A DNA stretch of 63,931 nucleotides, filler included, from Octopus bimaculoides (taxonomy: Eukaryota): the NCBI RefSeq assembly GCF_001194135.2. It is 7 parts of 7 records of this genome, joined end to end, with 100 filler letters (N's around TTAATTAATTAA, not from the genome) between each part and the next. Parts side by side here need not be neighbours in the genome. Positions count along the whole stretch, not along the records: positions 1 to 7,198 come from NC_068988.1; positions 7,299 to 11,142 come from NC_069005.1; positions 11,243 to 29,174 come from NC_068991.1; 4 more parts are not named here. One strand, written 5' to 3'. This document shows, in pieces, positions 1 to 12,144 of the stretch; the stretch's first letter is position 1; each line of letters starts with the position of its first letter. Below the pieces are notes generated by a model. The model had not been told where the DNA came from and made no database searches. It worked only from the letters and a program-made list of their open reading frames with translations. A program made the position numbers and the translations under genes.

Positions 1-860
1 TATATATATATATATATATATATATCATAAAACACCATCCACACATTTACAAATTATTGTTATATTTTTCTGTTACATAAAAAAGTGTACAGTATATATT
101 CAAGGAATTTATCAATATTTTCTCCCACTGTTTAAAGTGGATGCGCCATTTACTTATCGTTAATAAAATCCCGCCAATTTTGACGACCCGAGAACGCTAG
201 TAGAGCTAATATTTGTCCAAATTTATAGTAATCCAAAACTAACACTGTTTCTGATCTAGTCCTTATAATACAATAATTGCTTATTTTTATCATTGAATTA
301 ATTTGTACACATTACATTAAACATAGACTATTTCTGGTCAAATCGTCTTGTATAAATTTTTTTTAGCTATATGCAACCCTTTACGAAAGCAAACTATATT
401 TCATCTATATTTTTCAAGGTCTCAATGTATATTATTTACCATTTATTTATTTTTAATTAATACAAACCAACTGTACACCCTTTTAGTGCATGCACATTTT
501 ATTCTTTATAGATTTTTTTTTTTTTACATTTACGTTTTAATATAACAAGTCTTCGTATTGACTCGTATCTTAAATAAATAATACTGACTGTTACAGCGAT
601 GAAGCTTTAAAAAAAATGAATGGTTTATAATGATCCTGATTTGCACATTCTTATTTTGGCAGATAGTTTTACAGCATTTGGTTATTATATTTATCTACGA
701 CTATTTACAGGATTAAAATGTTTTAACACAATAACACAGCTACTAGTCTTCTTCTTCTTCTTCTTTTTCTTCTTCTTCTTCTTCTTCTTCTTCTTCTTCT
801 TCTCCTCCTCCTCCTCCTCTTCCTCCTTCTTTCGTTTTTTCTTCTTTTTCTTATTATTTT

Positions 861-1008
861 CAAGGCGGTGAGCTGACAGATCCTTTAGCACGTCAGACAA
901 AATTCTTAACGGTCAATAAAATAAGTACCAGTTGTACACGGCGGCAGTTGATGTAATTAACTAGCCCCACTCCCCACAAATTTCGAGCCCTGTGCCTATA
1001 ATAGAAAG
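861..1008 (+). mobile_element. SINE family B copy (tRNA-like head AAGGCGGTGAGCTG..., internally deleted)
   Basis: Shares head aaggcggtgagctg and tail aagtaccagtt...gcctataatagaaaga with >10 other copies in the window. Confidence 0.75.
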
Positions 1009-1009
1009 A

Positions 1010-1074
<65 letters not shown>

Positions 1075-1090
1075 TACTACTACTACTATA
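1010..1090. repeat. (TAT)n/(TAC)n microsatellite, 3' flank of Dong/R4-like LINE
   Basis: Direct inspection. Confidence 0.9.
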
Positions 1091-1410
1091 GACGTTACAC
1101 AGTATACAATATCGTGAGGTTGTTGATTGAAGTTATTGTTTCTACCAGGGGTTTGTACTGTTTGTCAAGTCACAACAAGGGCCTCAGATAGACAGTACTT
1201 TACGCAAAATGCGTGCAGTTCCAAGTAATGCGAACTTTTGCAATACATCTAGATTGTAGTGTATCTCTAAGGTTGTCAGATGATTTTTTAGATTGGGTAG
1301 TATTGAACCCAATGCTCCAATGACAATAGGGACAACCTTTATGTTCGACTCACGTAGCTGCCACATCTTAGCAATCTCAATTCTCAAGCCTCCATATTTA
1401 TCAACTTTTA
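1091..1410 (-). mobile_element. Dong/R4-like REL non-LTR retrotransposon, extreme 3' fragment
   Basis: ORF 1184-1423 KVDKYGGLRIEIAKMW...VVPIVIGALG...LQKFALLGTARILRKVL is the typical C-terminus of restriction-like-endonuclease LINEs; followed by (TAG)n(TAA)n. Confidence 0.8.
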
Positions 1411-1927
1411 AAGCTTCTAACACTGGATATATACTACGGTGTCAGCTGTTCACTACCAGCAAACTAAGGTAACTCCACCTTAGTTTTCGAGTACCATCCG
1501 GAGTATTCGAGCGGTTCCAAGCAGTGCTGTTTTCTGCAAGTGCTCCACCCTTATTGCAGCCCCTATTTGTTCCATGTACTTCTCAAGATTTTTACTCACA
1601 GTTCTCAGGGCCCCGACAATTATTGGTACTACTACCACCTTTTTCATCGACCACAATTGCTTAACTTCCCAAGCTAACCTGTCATATCTATCGACTTTTC
1701 TTTCTTCCTTATCGCATACCTTGTTGTCAGCTGGGTATGTTATATCTATGATCCAGCATCGTTTGCATTCTTTCTCAATTCTCTATCTCATGGTCGCACT
1801 GAATCATAAAATCCCATAGGGTCTTTGCATTATCATTTTCGATGATGCCTTCGGGTTTATGTCCGTACCACTTTTTTGCTCTCTCAAGTCCATACTTGTT
1901 GCAAAGTGCCCAATGGACAATACTTGC
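1411..1927 (-). mobile_element. Second Dong/R4-like REL LINE 3' fragment
   Basis: Minus-strand translation HWALCNKYGL...LWDFMIQCDHEIEN...CWIIDI...EKVDRYDRLAWEVKQLW...VPIIVGALRTV...TALLGTARILRMVLEN*; the PD segment appears deleted. Confidence 0.85.
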
Positions 1928-1943
1928 TATATTATTATTATTA

Positions 1944-1997
<54 letters not shown>
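1928..1997. repeat. (ATT)n microsatellite at the 5'-truncation point of the LINE
   Basis: Direct inspection. Confidence 0.9.
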
Positions 1998-1998
<1 letters not shown>

Positions 1999-2548
1999 AT
2001 TTCAGTTTCACAACTATATTAGCTTACAGTGTAACTCACAGTTTCATAGCAAATTTAGCGAGAGACAGAAATTTTTTGACATTACCTAACTCTGTGTTAG
2101 ATTGTGTAACATTATATTCATACAGCAATATCACTATATGCAACATGTCAACGAACTTATGATAAATATTCTCTCGCTCTTTATGGTTCGCTGTTTAAGG
2201 AAACACATATAGAACGTCGTGGTTTCGTGTAACTATTTGTGATTTTCATGGTAGATATATTAATACCAAAACATAATTAATACAAAATACCGACATATAT
2301 ACTCACTTTAAAAGGCCAGACACACACTTGATAATGTAGTTCTAGGAACATTACACCGGGGAGTGTTGAAGTGTTTATGGCTGCGATCCTTATCGAGCGA
2401 TGACACCGTGAATATAAACGGAATGACAAATATAATCAAGACTAAGTGCGTGAAATATTTTAGGGGCGACGACAAATCGAAGAGCACGCCAGTCTGTGTA
2501 TCACAGTGTAAACGTTTTAGGCAGACAAATACACAGACAAATATAGAT

Positions 2549-2702
2549 GCAGGTATGGGTGTGTGTTTAGGAAGTTCGCCTTGCTGCCACGTGGTTTCAA
2601 GTTCAGTCCCACTGCGCGGAACTTTGGACAAGTGTCTACTCCTGTAACCTCGGGTCGATCAATGCTTTTGTGAGTGGATTATATAGACGGTGGAAGCCCG
2701 TC

Positions 2703-2737
<35 letters not shown>
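2549..2737 (+). mobile_element. SINE family A head (CORE-like) running into (TA)n and a gap
   Basis: gttcagtcccactgcg...ttggacaagtgtct...gtgagtggat...aagcccgtcgtatata matches the other family A heads. Confidence 0.75.
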
Positions 2738-3339
2738 NNNNNNNNNNNNNNNNNNNNNNNNNNNNNNNNNNNNNNNNNNNNNNNNNNNNNNNNNNNNNNN
2801 NNNNNNNNNNNNNNNNNNNNNNNNNNNNNNNNNNNNNNNNNNNNNNNNNNNNNNNNNNNNNNNNNNNNNNNNNNNNNNNNNNNNNNNNNNNNNNNNNNNN
2901 NNNNNNNNNNNNNNNNNNNNNNNNNNNNNNNNNNNNNNNNNNNNNNNNNNNNNNNNNNNNNNNNNNNNNNNNNNNNNNNNNNNNNNNNNNNNNNNNNNNN
3001 NNNNNNNNNNNNNNNNNNNNNNNNNNNNNNNNNNNNNNNNNNNNNNNNNNNNNNNNNNNNNNNNNNNNNNNNNNNNNNNNNNNNNNNNNNNNNNNNNNNN
3101 NNNNNNNNNNNNNNNNNNNNNNNNNNNNNNNNNNNNNNNNNNNNNNNNNNACACACACATATATTCACACAGAGTTGAAACGGTGTTTGATTTATTTTTT
3201 CAGCGTACAATTTTCATCATCCTTCCTTATTCATCAATCACCCCTTCCTTTCTCATTCATAAACACAATAGTATTATTTTAGTAGATTATCTCGGTAACC
3301 ATAGGAGCTATGAAAAAAATACAAAGCTTATATATATAA

Positions 3340-3525
3340 GCCACATAAGTACGGTGAAAGAGTACAGCAGGGTTCGCCACACAACCCGCCCCCTGCTTGA
3401 GCCACGTAGAGCTTTAGGTGTTTTTCGCTCAATAAACACTCACAACGCCCGCGATCTGGGAATCGAAACCGCGATTCTACGACCGCGAGTCCGCTGCCCT
3501 AACGACTGGGCCATTGCGCTTCCAC
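3340..3525 (-). mobile_element. tRNA(Arg)-like SINE (family D)
   Basis: Minus strand GTGGAAGCGCAATGGCCCAGTCGTTAGGGCAGCGGACTCGCGGTCGTAGAATCGCGGTTTCGATTCCC carries pol III A/B boxes. Confidence 0.7.
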
Positions 3526-3584
3526 TACTGGTGCAATAGTTCAGAGGGTAATGCTTGGTTCTTCACGTAACAACCTGTCTGCCA

Positions 3585-3895
3585 TAGCTTAACTCCCCTC
3601 AAAATATCTGGCCTGCTATAAAAATTGCAAACAATTATTATATGTTACGTCTGTCACTTAATATTTACTAATTAACTAACCCATCTCCTCTAAATTGTTG
3701 GCCTTTGCCCAAATTAGACACATTATATATTATATGTGTTAATTAATATTTACTAATTGACGTACTCCTTCCCCCTAAAAGTACTGGCCCTGTGCCTAAA
3801 TTAGAAACTGTTGATATGTTACTTGTGTCAAATACTAATTAGATAAACCCTTATCCTCAAAACTGCTGGCTTTATGCCGAAATTACGAGCAATCT
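3585..3895 (+). repeat. ~4 degenerate ~90-bp tandem units resembling the SINE B 3' tail
   Basis: Repeated ccc.tcc.c.aaa..gctggcct.gtgcc.aaattagaaac motif. Confidence 0.65.
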
Positions 3896-4067
3896 TTTTT
3901 TTTTAATAATAGCCGATATAAATGTCGCTTGGATGGTTGGCTGGTTGGTTGATTGCACAGTCACGCTTTGCATCGCATAGAGAGAAGAGAAAAAGAGGGT
4001 GAAAGAGTTAACACAATAGAGTTAACAGTTAACATAAGAGGAGCAGGATGAAAGTCTTACAGATGAA

Positions 4068-4098
4068 GTCGGAAACTGAAAGAAGCCCATCGTATATA

Positions 4099-4145
<47 letters not shown>

Positions 4146-4340
4146 CCCCAACATCACTTGACAACCGATGTTGGTGTGTTTACGTCCCCGTAACTTAGCG
4201 GTTCGGCAAAAGGGTTCGATAGAATAAGTACTAGGCTTACAAAAGAATAAGTCCTGGGATCGATTTGTTCGACTAAAGGCGGTGCTCCAGCATGGCCGCA
4301 GTCAAATCACTGAAACAAGCAAAAGAATAGTAAAAGAATA
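4068..4340 (+). mobile_element. SINE family A, 3' part with internal (TG)n
   Basis: cggaaactgaaagaagcccatcg-(TA/TG)n-caacatcacttgacaaccgatg...actgaaacaagcaaaagaata. Confidence 0.85.
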
Positions 4341-5391
4341 TATTTATAGATGGCGGAGTTGAAGGGAGCGAGAACGATGAAAAGTGCGAAGAATGGAAAC
4401 ACCCAGAATAATCAGGATGGTTCTCTTCCGCTGATACAGTTCTTCCTTATCATTCTACCTTTCTTTCTTTCCTTCTTCCTTTCTTTCTTTCTCTCTTTCG
4501 TTCTTTCTTTCGTTCGTTCTTTCTTTCTTTCTTTCTAAGGAATCCCACAACTGGGATATGTCAATTTCTTTTCTGTATTTTTTTTCTTTCCGTTTTCCTT
4601 TTTAAGGAATCGCACTTTGGGGACGTTTCTTTCTGTATTTTTACTCTCGTTCTTTCTTATTTTTCTTTCTGCATTCTTCTTTTCTCGCGTTCTTTCCTGC
4701 AAAGGACCGTTCGCTCTTCTGGGATCTGCCATAATATATAAATCTGCTTATTTCTTACACAATTATGATAACGTCAAACCCTGCTGAACATTTCTCTTTC
4801 GTATTTGCTTTAATCTTCTACCGTCCTTCTTGTCTCTCTTTCCCTCTCTCTCCTCCTCTCCCTCCCCCTCTCTCTATCTATATCTCTATCTTTCTCCCTC
4901 GCTCGCTCGCTTTCGCTCTCTCTCACTCTCTCTCTCTCTCTCTTTCATGAATAAACAATTAGTCATGAACTAAACAAAGTGTCTAAAAAGCTGCCGTGGC
5001 CTTAATTGGTCTCCCTCAAGATCTTTTAGTGTCTCCTGTTTTACAGAAAACACCCAGTTACAGGCATGCACCTAAACACACGCACGCACACGCACACACA
5101 TACACACACACACACACAAACATACATACATNNNNNNNNNNNNNNNNNNNNNNNNNNNNNNNNNNNNNNNNNNNNNNNNNNNNNNNNNNNNNNNNNNNNN
5201 NNNNNNNNNNNNNNNNNNNNNNNNNNNNNNNNNNNNNNNNNNNNNNNNNNNNNNNNNNNNNNNNNNNNNNNNNNNNNNNNNNNNNNNNNNNNNNNNNNNN
5301 NNNNNNNNNNNNNNNNNNNNNNNNNNNNNNNNNNNNNNNNNNNNNNNNNNNNNNNNNNNNNNNNNNNNNNNNNNNNNNNNNNNNNNNNNNN

Positions 5392-5424
<33 letters not shown>

Positions 5425-5460
5425 CATGTATGTATGTATGCGTGCATGCATGTATGTATG

Positions 5461-5493
<33 letters not shown>

Positions 5494-5551
5494 GTGTATG
5501 TATGTATGTATGTATGTATGTATGTATGTATATACACACACACACACTTTC

Positions 5552-5787
5552 TTTGTGTATTAAGGTACCGTTGGTTTCGTGTTAAGAAATATCTCAACAT
5601 TTATTCAAACCGATCACATAGATCAATTAGTGTTCGTCACCATTTTGGGTTAAAACACAAAAAAGTCACGGGGCTTTTCGTGTTTTAATCGAAAATAGTG
5701 ACGAACACCAATTAGTCTATGTGAATGGCTTGAATAATTGTTGAGATATTTCTTAGCATGAAATAAACGGTAACCTTAATACACAAA
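5552..5787. mobile_element. Foldback/MITE-like palindrome, ~114-bp arms with an 8-nt loop
   Basis: 5552-5665 is the near-exact reverse complement of 5674-5787. Confidence 0.8.
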
Positions 5788-7069
5788 TAAGGAACCTATA
5801 TCTATCAATGCGGTATGGAACACTCATTCTCATTGTTCGATATTTTAGTGTGTGTGTGTGTGTGTGTGTGTAAGGGGTTGTGAAGTATTATGTTCATAAG
5901 AGTTTTGCAGTAATATGGAGTTCCGTAACGCGAAACATGTTTTCCCCCATTTAACATAAAAGACAATGGTAAACAGGTTTTACGTTATGAAATTTCACGT
6001 AAGGGCAAGATTTTGAAGAGCGCAATATTTCCGTAAGGCGAGTATGTCTAAGTATTTTTACATCAGATCGCATTATTGTTATTTTCTAGCTTGTTTTTTT
6101 CTTTCTTATGTATAAAGCTAGAAAGTTTTGTTTTTTTTTTCTTTGGAAATGGTAAAATGAGACCGTGTGATTTTCAAGCATTTCGCAAGTATCCGAGTTT
6201 CTAACAAGAATTACAATCTGTTCATACGAATGTCTCATAAACTCAAGTTAAGTCGAGAGCTAACACTAACACTTCCTTCTACGGTGTTTGTCATTTTAAG
6301 CATTTAATCATACGAAAATCTGCTATACTTAAAATATCAACAATTGTCCTGTTTTTTACATTCTAATAGCAGAAACTAGAAAGTAAAAAAAAGGTAAAAA
6401 AAAAAAAGAAAAAAAAGAACGGTGCGAAACATGATAAATATTGGGCAACATAAATAAAAACTAATCTAAAACGCAATATGGAAGGGAGTAAAAAATCAAA
6501 GATCAAAAATGGAAGATGTTTGTGCGGATTTTTTTTAATGTTATGTTTCAATACATGCTTAAAAAAGCCATCCCTGTCTTTCTTCTTCTTCTTCTTCTTC
6601 TTCTTCGTTTTCGTCTTCGTCTTCGTCTTCTTCTTCTTCTTCTTCNNNNNNNNNNTACATGCTTAAAAAAGCCATCCCTGTCTTTCTTCTTCTTCTTCTT
6701 CTTCTTCTTCGTTTTCGTCTTCGTCTTCGTCTTCTTCTTCTACTTCTTCTTCGTGAAGCGCATTAAGTCAATGACAAAGACATAGAGTGTGTGACGATGA
6801 CGTGTCTTTGTGAAAGCAGCCATTTGTATTTTCCGTCTTGTTATTTTATAAGTGTGTGTCTCTGTGTGTATGTGTGTCTGTGCGTACGTGTGTTTGTGCG
6901 TGTATGTGCATGCGTATGTTGTATGTACTTGCAAAGAAATAAAAAGGTGATGATGATGATGATGATGATATGCGTAAAATTCCTGGATTACTCGTTATCT
7001 TGAGTAACCGAGATAGCAGTAAGATCGTAAGTGTTCCATGTCTTTAATGCCGATATAAGATGGGGCTTG

Positions 7070-7102
<33 letters not shown>

Positions 7103-7242
7103 TATACATAATATGTATATATTTATATATATATATACATACAAATATATATATATATATATATATATACATAATATGTATATATTTATATATATATANN
7201 NNNNNNNNNNNNNNNNNNNNNNNNNNNNNNNNNNNNNNNNNN

Positions 7243-7254
7243 TTAATTAATTAA
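7243..7254. other. Scaffolding linker TTAATTAATTAA inside a 100-bp N placeholder
   Basis: Identical 12-mer centred in N runs at 7243, 11187, 29219, 45083, 52935 and 61528; gives stops in all six frames; not genomic sequence. Confidence 0.9.
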
Positions 7255-7298
7255 NNNNNNNNNNNNNNNNNNNNNNNNNNNNNNNNNNNNNNNNNNNN

Positions 7299-7620
7299 GC
7301 CTTAATTTCTCTATCTGTGTGTATTGGCATATCCCAGAGTATGTTTGCTTTCTCGTTTTCTGTGACTTTTTCTGGCGTGTGTTTATACCATCTTTTTTCT
7401 GTTGTTATTCCATAGTGTTGGCATAGCTTCCAGTGTATATAGGTCCCAGCTCTGTCGTGTCTGTGAATATATTCCTTCTTAGCCAGGACTGGGCAGCCAG
7501 AGATAATATGATTTTTTGTTTCTTGTCCATCGCCACATATTCTGCAGTTACTTGTTATGTTTCTTTTCATTATATGTTTTTGGTAATTTCTCTTGGGGAG
7601 GCTTTGGTCTTCTGCATAGA
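7299..7620 (-). mobile_element. Dong/R4-like REL LINE fragment with CCHC knuckle
   Basis: DQSLPKRNYQKHIMKRNITSNCRICGDGQETKNHIISGC...RHDRAGTYIHWKLC...ILWDMPIHTDREIK. Confidence 0.85.
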
Positions 7621-8029
7621 GACACCAGGCTTAGAATTTCGGTTTAAAACAACAGTCTAAAAATATTGTTATAAAAGGTATGACCGACTTCTTGAATCGA
7701 ATTATAAATAAATTTTTATCGACCCATCAGTGTAAGCAGGAATGTAGCAAATAGCGGCAGCAACATTAAAGAAAAGTTATATAAATACCTGCCAAATGGT
7801 ATTTCAAAAGATTCTCGGGGCTTTAAAAAGCTAGAATATTGATTAAATAGAGCCACTGTAGACGCTACTCTTTATTCCGTGAAATAGGCTCTCCCTTTAT
7901 TCTGCTTATTTTGCATAACATACTTTGTATTCCAATAATGCCAACATGCAAACATTTCTATATACATACAAATAATATTTTTCCATATGAATACCTTTCT
8001 TATTCTGTTTATTATAATAATTCTTTCTA

Positions 8030-8185
8030 CAATAGGTCTGAAATTTGTTAGATGGGAGCTAGTCGATTACATCGAAATCGTGTTCAATTGGTACTTTTTG
8101 TCGACCCTGAAATGGTCAATGGCGGAATTTGAACACAGAATGTAAAGCCAGAAGAAATACCACTAAATATTTTGTCCGTTGCGGT
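8030..8185 (-). mobile_element. SINE family B, degraded
   Basis: gtcgattacatcga...tggtact...gtcgaccctgaa...ggcggaatttgaac. Confidence 0.7.
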
Positions 8186-8299
8186 GACGAACTATCACAT
8201 AACTGTATTTAAACATTTTTATTACGCAATGTAAAACTTTAAATATCACATACATGCTAACAAATATGTTTTTCCAATATAATTAATTCACATTTTACA

Positions 8300-8642
8300 T
8301 ATGTGAAATATAAGTAAATTATTTACATTATTTACATTTGACGGATATTTCTCCTCATCTTGTTTGTTGTTAACACAACGTTTCGGCTGATATACTCTCC
8401 AGCCTTCATCAGGTGTCCTGGGGAAATTTTGAACCTGGGTTCTCATTCCTAAGGTATTTTTCTGATGTTATTATTATTATTCTTATTGTTCAGGTCATTG
8501 CCTGGAATCGAAATCGGAATCTTGGGTTAGTAGCCCGCGCTCTTAACCACCACGCCATATGCCCGACTGGGACAAATATCTGCCAAAAGTAAATAACGTA
8601 AATAATGTACATAATTCCTCATCTTTCAAATATAGAACTGTA
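8300..8642 (-). mobile_element. tRNA-headed, hammerhead-bearing SINE-like element with inverted tail copy
   Basis: A box 8547-8557, B box 8504-8514 (one mismatch), (AAT)n linker, hammerhead fold 8372-8417; tail 8321-8354 recurs inverted at 8570-8612. Confidence 0.7.
8372..8417 (-). ncRNA. Minimal type-I hammerhead ribozyme motif
   Basis: GACAC-CUGAUGA-A-GGCUG(gagaguauau)CAGCC-GAAA-CGUU-GUGUU: stem I GACAC/GUGUU, 5-bp stem II, palindromic AACGUU stem III. Confidence 0.7.
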
Positions 8643-10746
8643 TGAAATATAAATGTTTGAAATAAATACATGGAAATACATGTTTATTGTTAGGTCCTTC
8701 ATGTCTAAGAATACAGCTTTTACCTTTATCTCTTACTTCTCACCCTCTACCTAATTACTATAACCAACCTAACAACGTCTATAAGACATTTTAAAGCAAT
8801 GAAGAAACCCCAAGAGAAGAAGGCTTTCAATTTGACGGTGATCTGGAAGGGTAACGAGGACCTGACTGATTTAAAGTATAATCTGGAAGACAACGATCTA
8901 GACAATATGTTTATTGAAAGCGAAATAGGGAGTCAGGATAAAGCAATCAGAACAAACACCTTCGTTAAATGCCAGAAACAGTCTATCGGCGTGTTGGAAT
9001 GGAAGCGATTTTAATGAAAAATCGAAGACAAAATTCACAAAGAAAATCAATGTAAACAAATTCAGTATTTTAATACACTTCCTTTATAGTTTAATCTAAT
9101 CACAACAAAGCCTTGTAAATCCCTTAGAAAAAATTGCAACCACATGCCAGGCTTGTACAGAGTTACAGGAGTACTGTGAGTCAGAAAGGAAATTATTCTT
9201 TCCCTTTGTAATAAAATATGTATGCTAATATGGGAAAGGAAACGAATTCAGGCAGTTTGTATTTTCCTTCAAAAGTTAAGCAAGTAATTAAAGCAAAAAA
9301 GTTTTGCAAATAATACATGAAAATGTCGTTGACGTCATAAGAATTTTATAAACGTTCGAGAAAATGCGAAATAATTTTTGTTTTAGAATAGTATATCTCG
9401 ATGCACTCACATATGAAGATATGTAAATATATATTAGATTGAAAAACCCTTTTGGATAATAAAAATCGAAGGCTGGCCGTGGGACACGACCAACATCTCA
9501 TGTAGATATGACAGATGTTCTACCATTCGATTTTTTCTATTTAAAGTGGCTTTTCAACCCAATATTTACATGGTATTATTTATAGCATTAATGTGTGCTT
9601 CGAGATATACTATTCCAAACAAGAATTAATAATTAAGAATATTTTTTCACATAAATTTGAGTCAGTTCGTATTAACAGTCTATTGTATTATTTTGCCAAA
9701 TGCTATTGTTATGTATATATTATATGTATATATTATATTGATATGTATATATCATTTGTAAATGCATATGTGGCATACTCAGGTCCGCGTGACAGGTAAT
9801 TCATGATGAATATGAAACAGCTGAGTGCTTGCATGGCACAAGGTGAATTGTATTACTCGCAATTTTTGCATTCTCATTGATACGGATATGTGTGTATGTA
9901 TGTGTCGGAGGGATGCGTGTGAATGAGTGAATGTGTACATATTAAAGACAGAGATAATTTAATGTAAACGACCATCAAACTGATTCCAGGAGGTCAATTG
10001 TTTCTTTTATAATTGTCATAAAATATCATGTATTTGTCATTTTATTCTGGCAAACAGCCATTTGTATTGCTGTTCGTGTTCCAGCATGGCAGCATCAGGG
10101 GGTACTTGTAGGAGATATTTGTTACAATGATGGTAGTAATCTCAATTAGGAAAACATTTTTTAAAATACCTCTTGATCTTTCTTTTCAAAACTGTAATCA
10201 GATTTTTAAAAAGTGATGCATCGGATACATACAGTTTCATTCGTTATATTACGAGCATTGTAGTGCCTTATAGGATTGTTGTAGAGAAAGAGAAAGAAAA
10301 GTAGATCAACCTAATATATGTATCCAGTGCGTAGTAGTATTGTATTGAAAATATTTACCTAATATTCATATTTCTAGTAGTGCTATTTTCTGTATGTTGT
10401 ATGACTGGACCTACTACCTTAACGACACCTAAAGTGGTGGTGTTAAATCAAGTGGAGCGTTAGCGCCAGCCACCCAACTAAAAACACCCAAGGACCAAGT
10501 GGTGGTGATATGTTACAACGACCATTGAAACTAACATTACACAAAACCCTGTGGTTGTGGTGATGCGTTAAAGCAACCACCCAAACTAACGTGACCATAG
10601 AACCAAATGGTGAAAATTGAGATCTGTGTTGTCTTTACAACTTAAAAACAAAGCAATTGAATATATATATATAGGAATTATTTATTATTGATCTTTTCAA
10701 ACAATATGGATACATTTAAGGTATCTTCTATCCTTTGTCTTGTTGT

Positions 10747-10877
<131 letters not shown>

Positions 10878-11242
10878 ACCATGATGTTATTGTTCCACTG
10901 AGTTCATAATATTATCAATCCATTCTCTATAGTAAGCAATACTAGTGAAGAGACTGGCCTCTTTGTGGCAGTCTAAGCCATGTGATATCACTCCCGCAAG
11001 AACCATATTGTTTTCATGAGGACAAATCAAAGGACCGCCGGAATCTCCCTAGAAGTAAAGAGAAGACGAAAGAGTTTATGAAACAGGGAAGATAATAAGC
11101 TGCAAAGCGAATCATACATATGTATATATGTGTATATATATANNNNNNNNNNNNNNNNNNNNNNNNNNNNNNNNNNNNNNNNNNNNTTAATTAATTAANN
11201 NNNNNNNNNNNNNNNNNNNNNNNNNNNNNNNNNNNNNNNNNN

Positions 11243-11280
<38 letters not shown>

Positions 11281-11283
<3 letters not shown>

Positions 11284-11375
11284 TACTAGGGTCTAATCAT
11301 TCGACTAAAAATTCTTCAAGGCAGTAACCCAGCATAGCTGCAGTCTAATGACTGAAATAAGCAAATGATAAAAGG
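11281..11375 (+). mobile_element. SINE family A tail remnant
   Basis: ttcgactaaaaattcttcaaggc...cagcatagctgcagtctaatgactgaaataag. Confidence 0.65.
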
Positions 11376-12144
11376 CAAAAAAAGATATGTGAATGTGTGT
11401 GCATGTACACACATGATAATTCTCTGCACGCTTCCATCTACTCAATTGGCCTCACAAAGAATTGGTCAGCATAGGTTACAGCTGAATGCACATGTCCAAG
11501 AGACCATGCAGTACAACCTAACATGGAACCCCATAGTTGAGATGAGGAGACTTTCATTACCACACTGCTATGTCTAATCTTTGAAATACATAAGTGGCAA
11601 ATGTGATTATATTCATCACTGAAACTGTTGATTGTAATTATTGTATTATTCATGGCCTTACAGTTATATTTTATATAATTAAACATTATTATTGTCATTT
11701 GGTATACATTTCTCATTGTTGCTCATGTTATTTTTCTCAGTTTTTCCTGTAACTTGAGTCAAAAATCTGTATTTGGTTGCATTTGCTGCATACAATAAAC
11801 TGAATTAATATTTTCTGGGAAATTTATTAAACTTGGTTTCTTTTCCTTTTCATACTTAATTAACAGTAATTGGTTCCAGTGAAAGGTTTATAAAAGAATG
11901 GAAATGAAATACTAAAAATAGCTGATTAACAGAAATTAGCATCAAGTTTTCATTTCATAACAGATTTAGTAAGCAACATACATTGAAGATTGCAACATAT
12001 TGCAATTTTTGTAATGTAGGATTTCAATTGAAACCTTATGCAAGGGGGAATGTTTTTGTTTCAGATTATTAAGCTATATATTTCCTTTGTATTCCAGCAA
12101 CAGAAAATATTAATTTGTCTTAGTGGTTTTAGTGATTCTCCTTT

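Noticed and set aside
3440-3525. tRNA-like sequences at SINE heads (also 8491-8564)
   Set aside because: No complete cloverleaf; they continue into SINE bodies, so they are not tRNA genes.
6552-6750. ~95-bp direct repeat either side of a 10-N gap
   Set aside because: Typical unmerged contig overlap at a (CTT)n tract.
7243-7254. TTAATTAATTAA motif repeated six times in the window
   Set aside because: Always centred in a 100-bp N block; a scaffolding linker, not biology.
8799-9014. 71-aa acidic ORF (MKKPQEKKAF...)
   Set aside because: No recognisable motif or splice support; possibly a transposon remnant.
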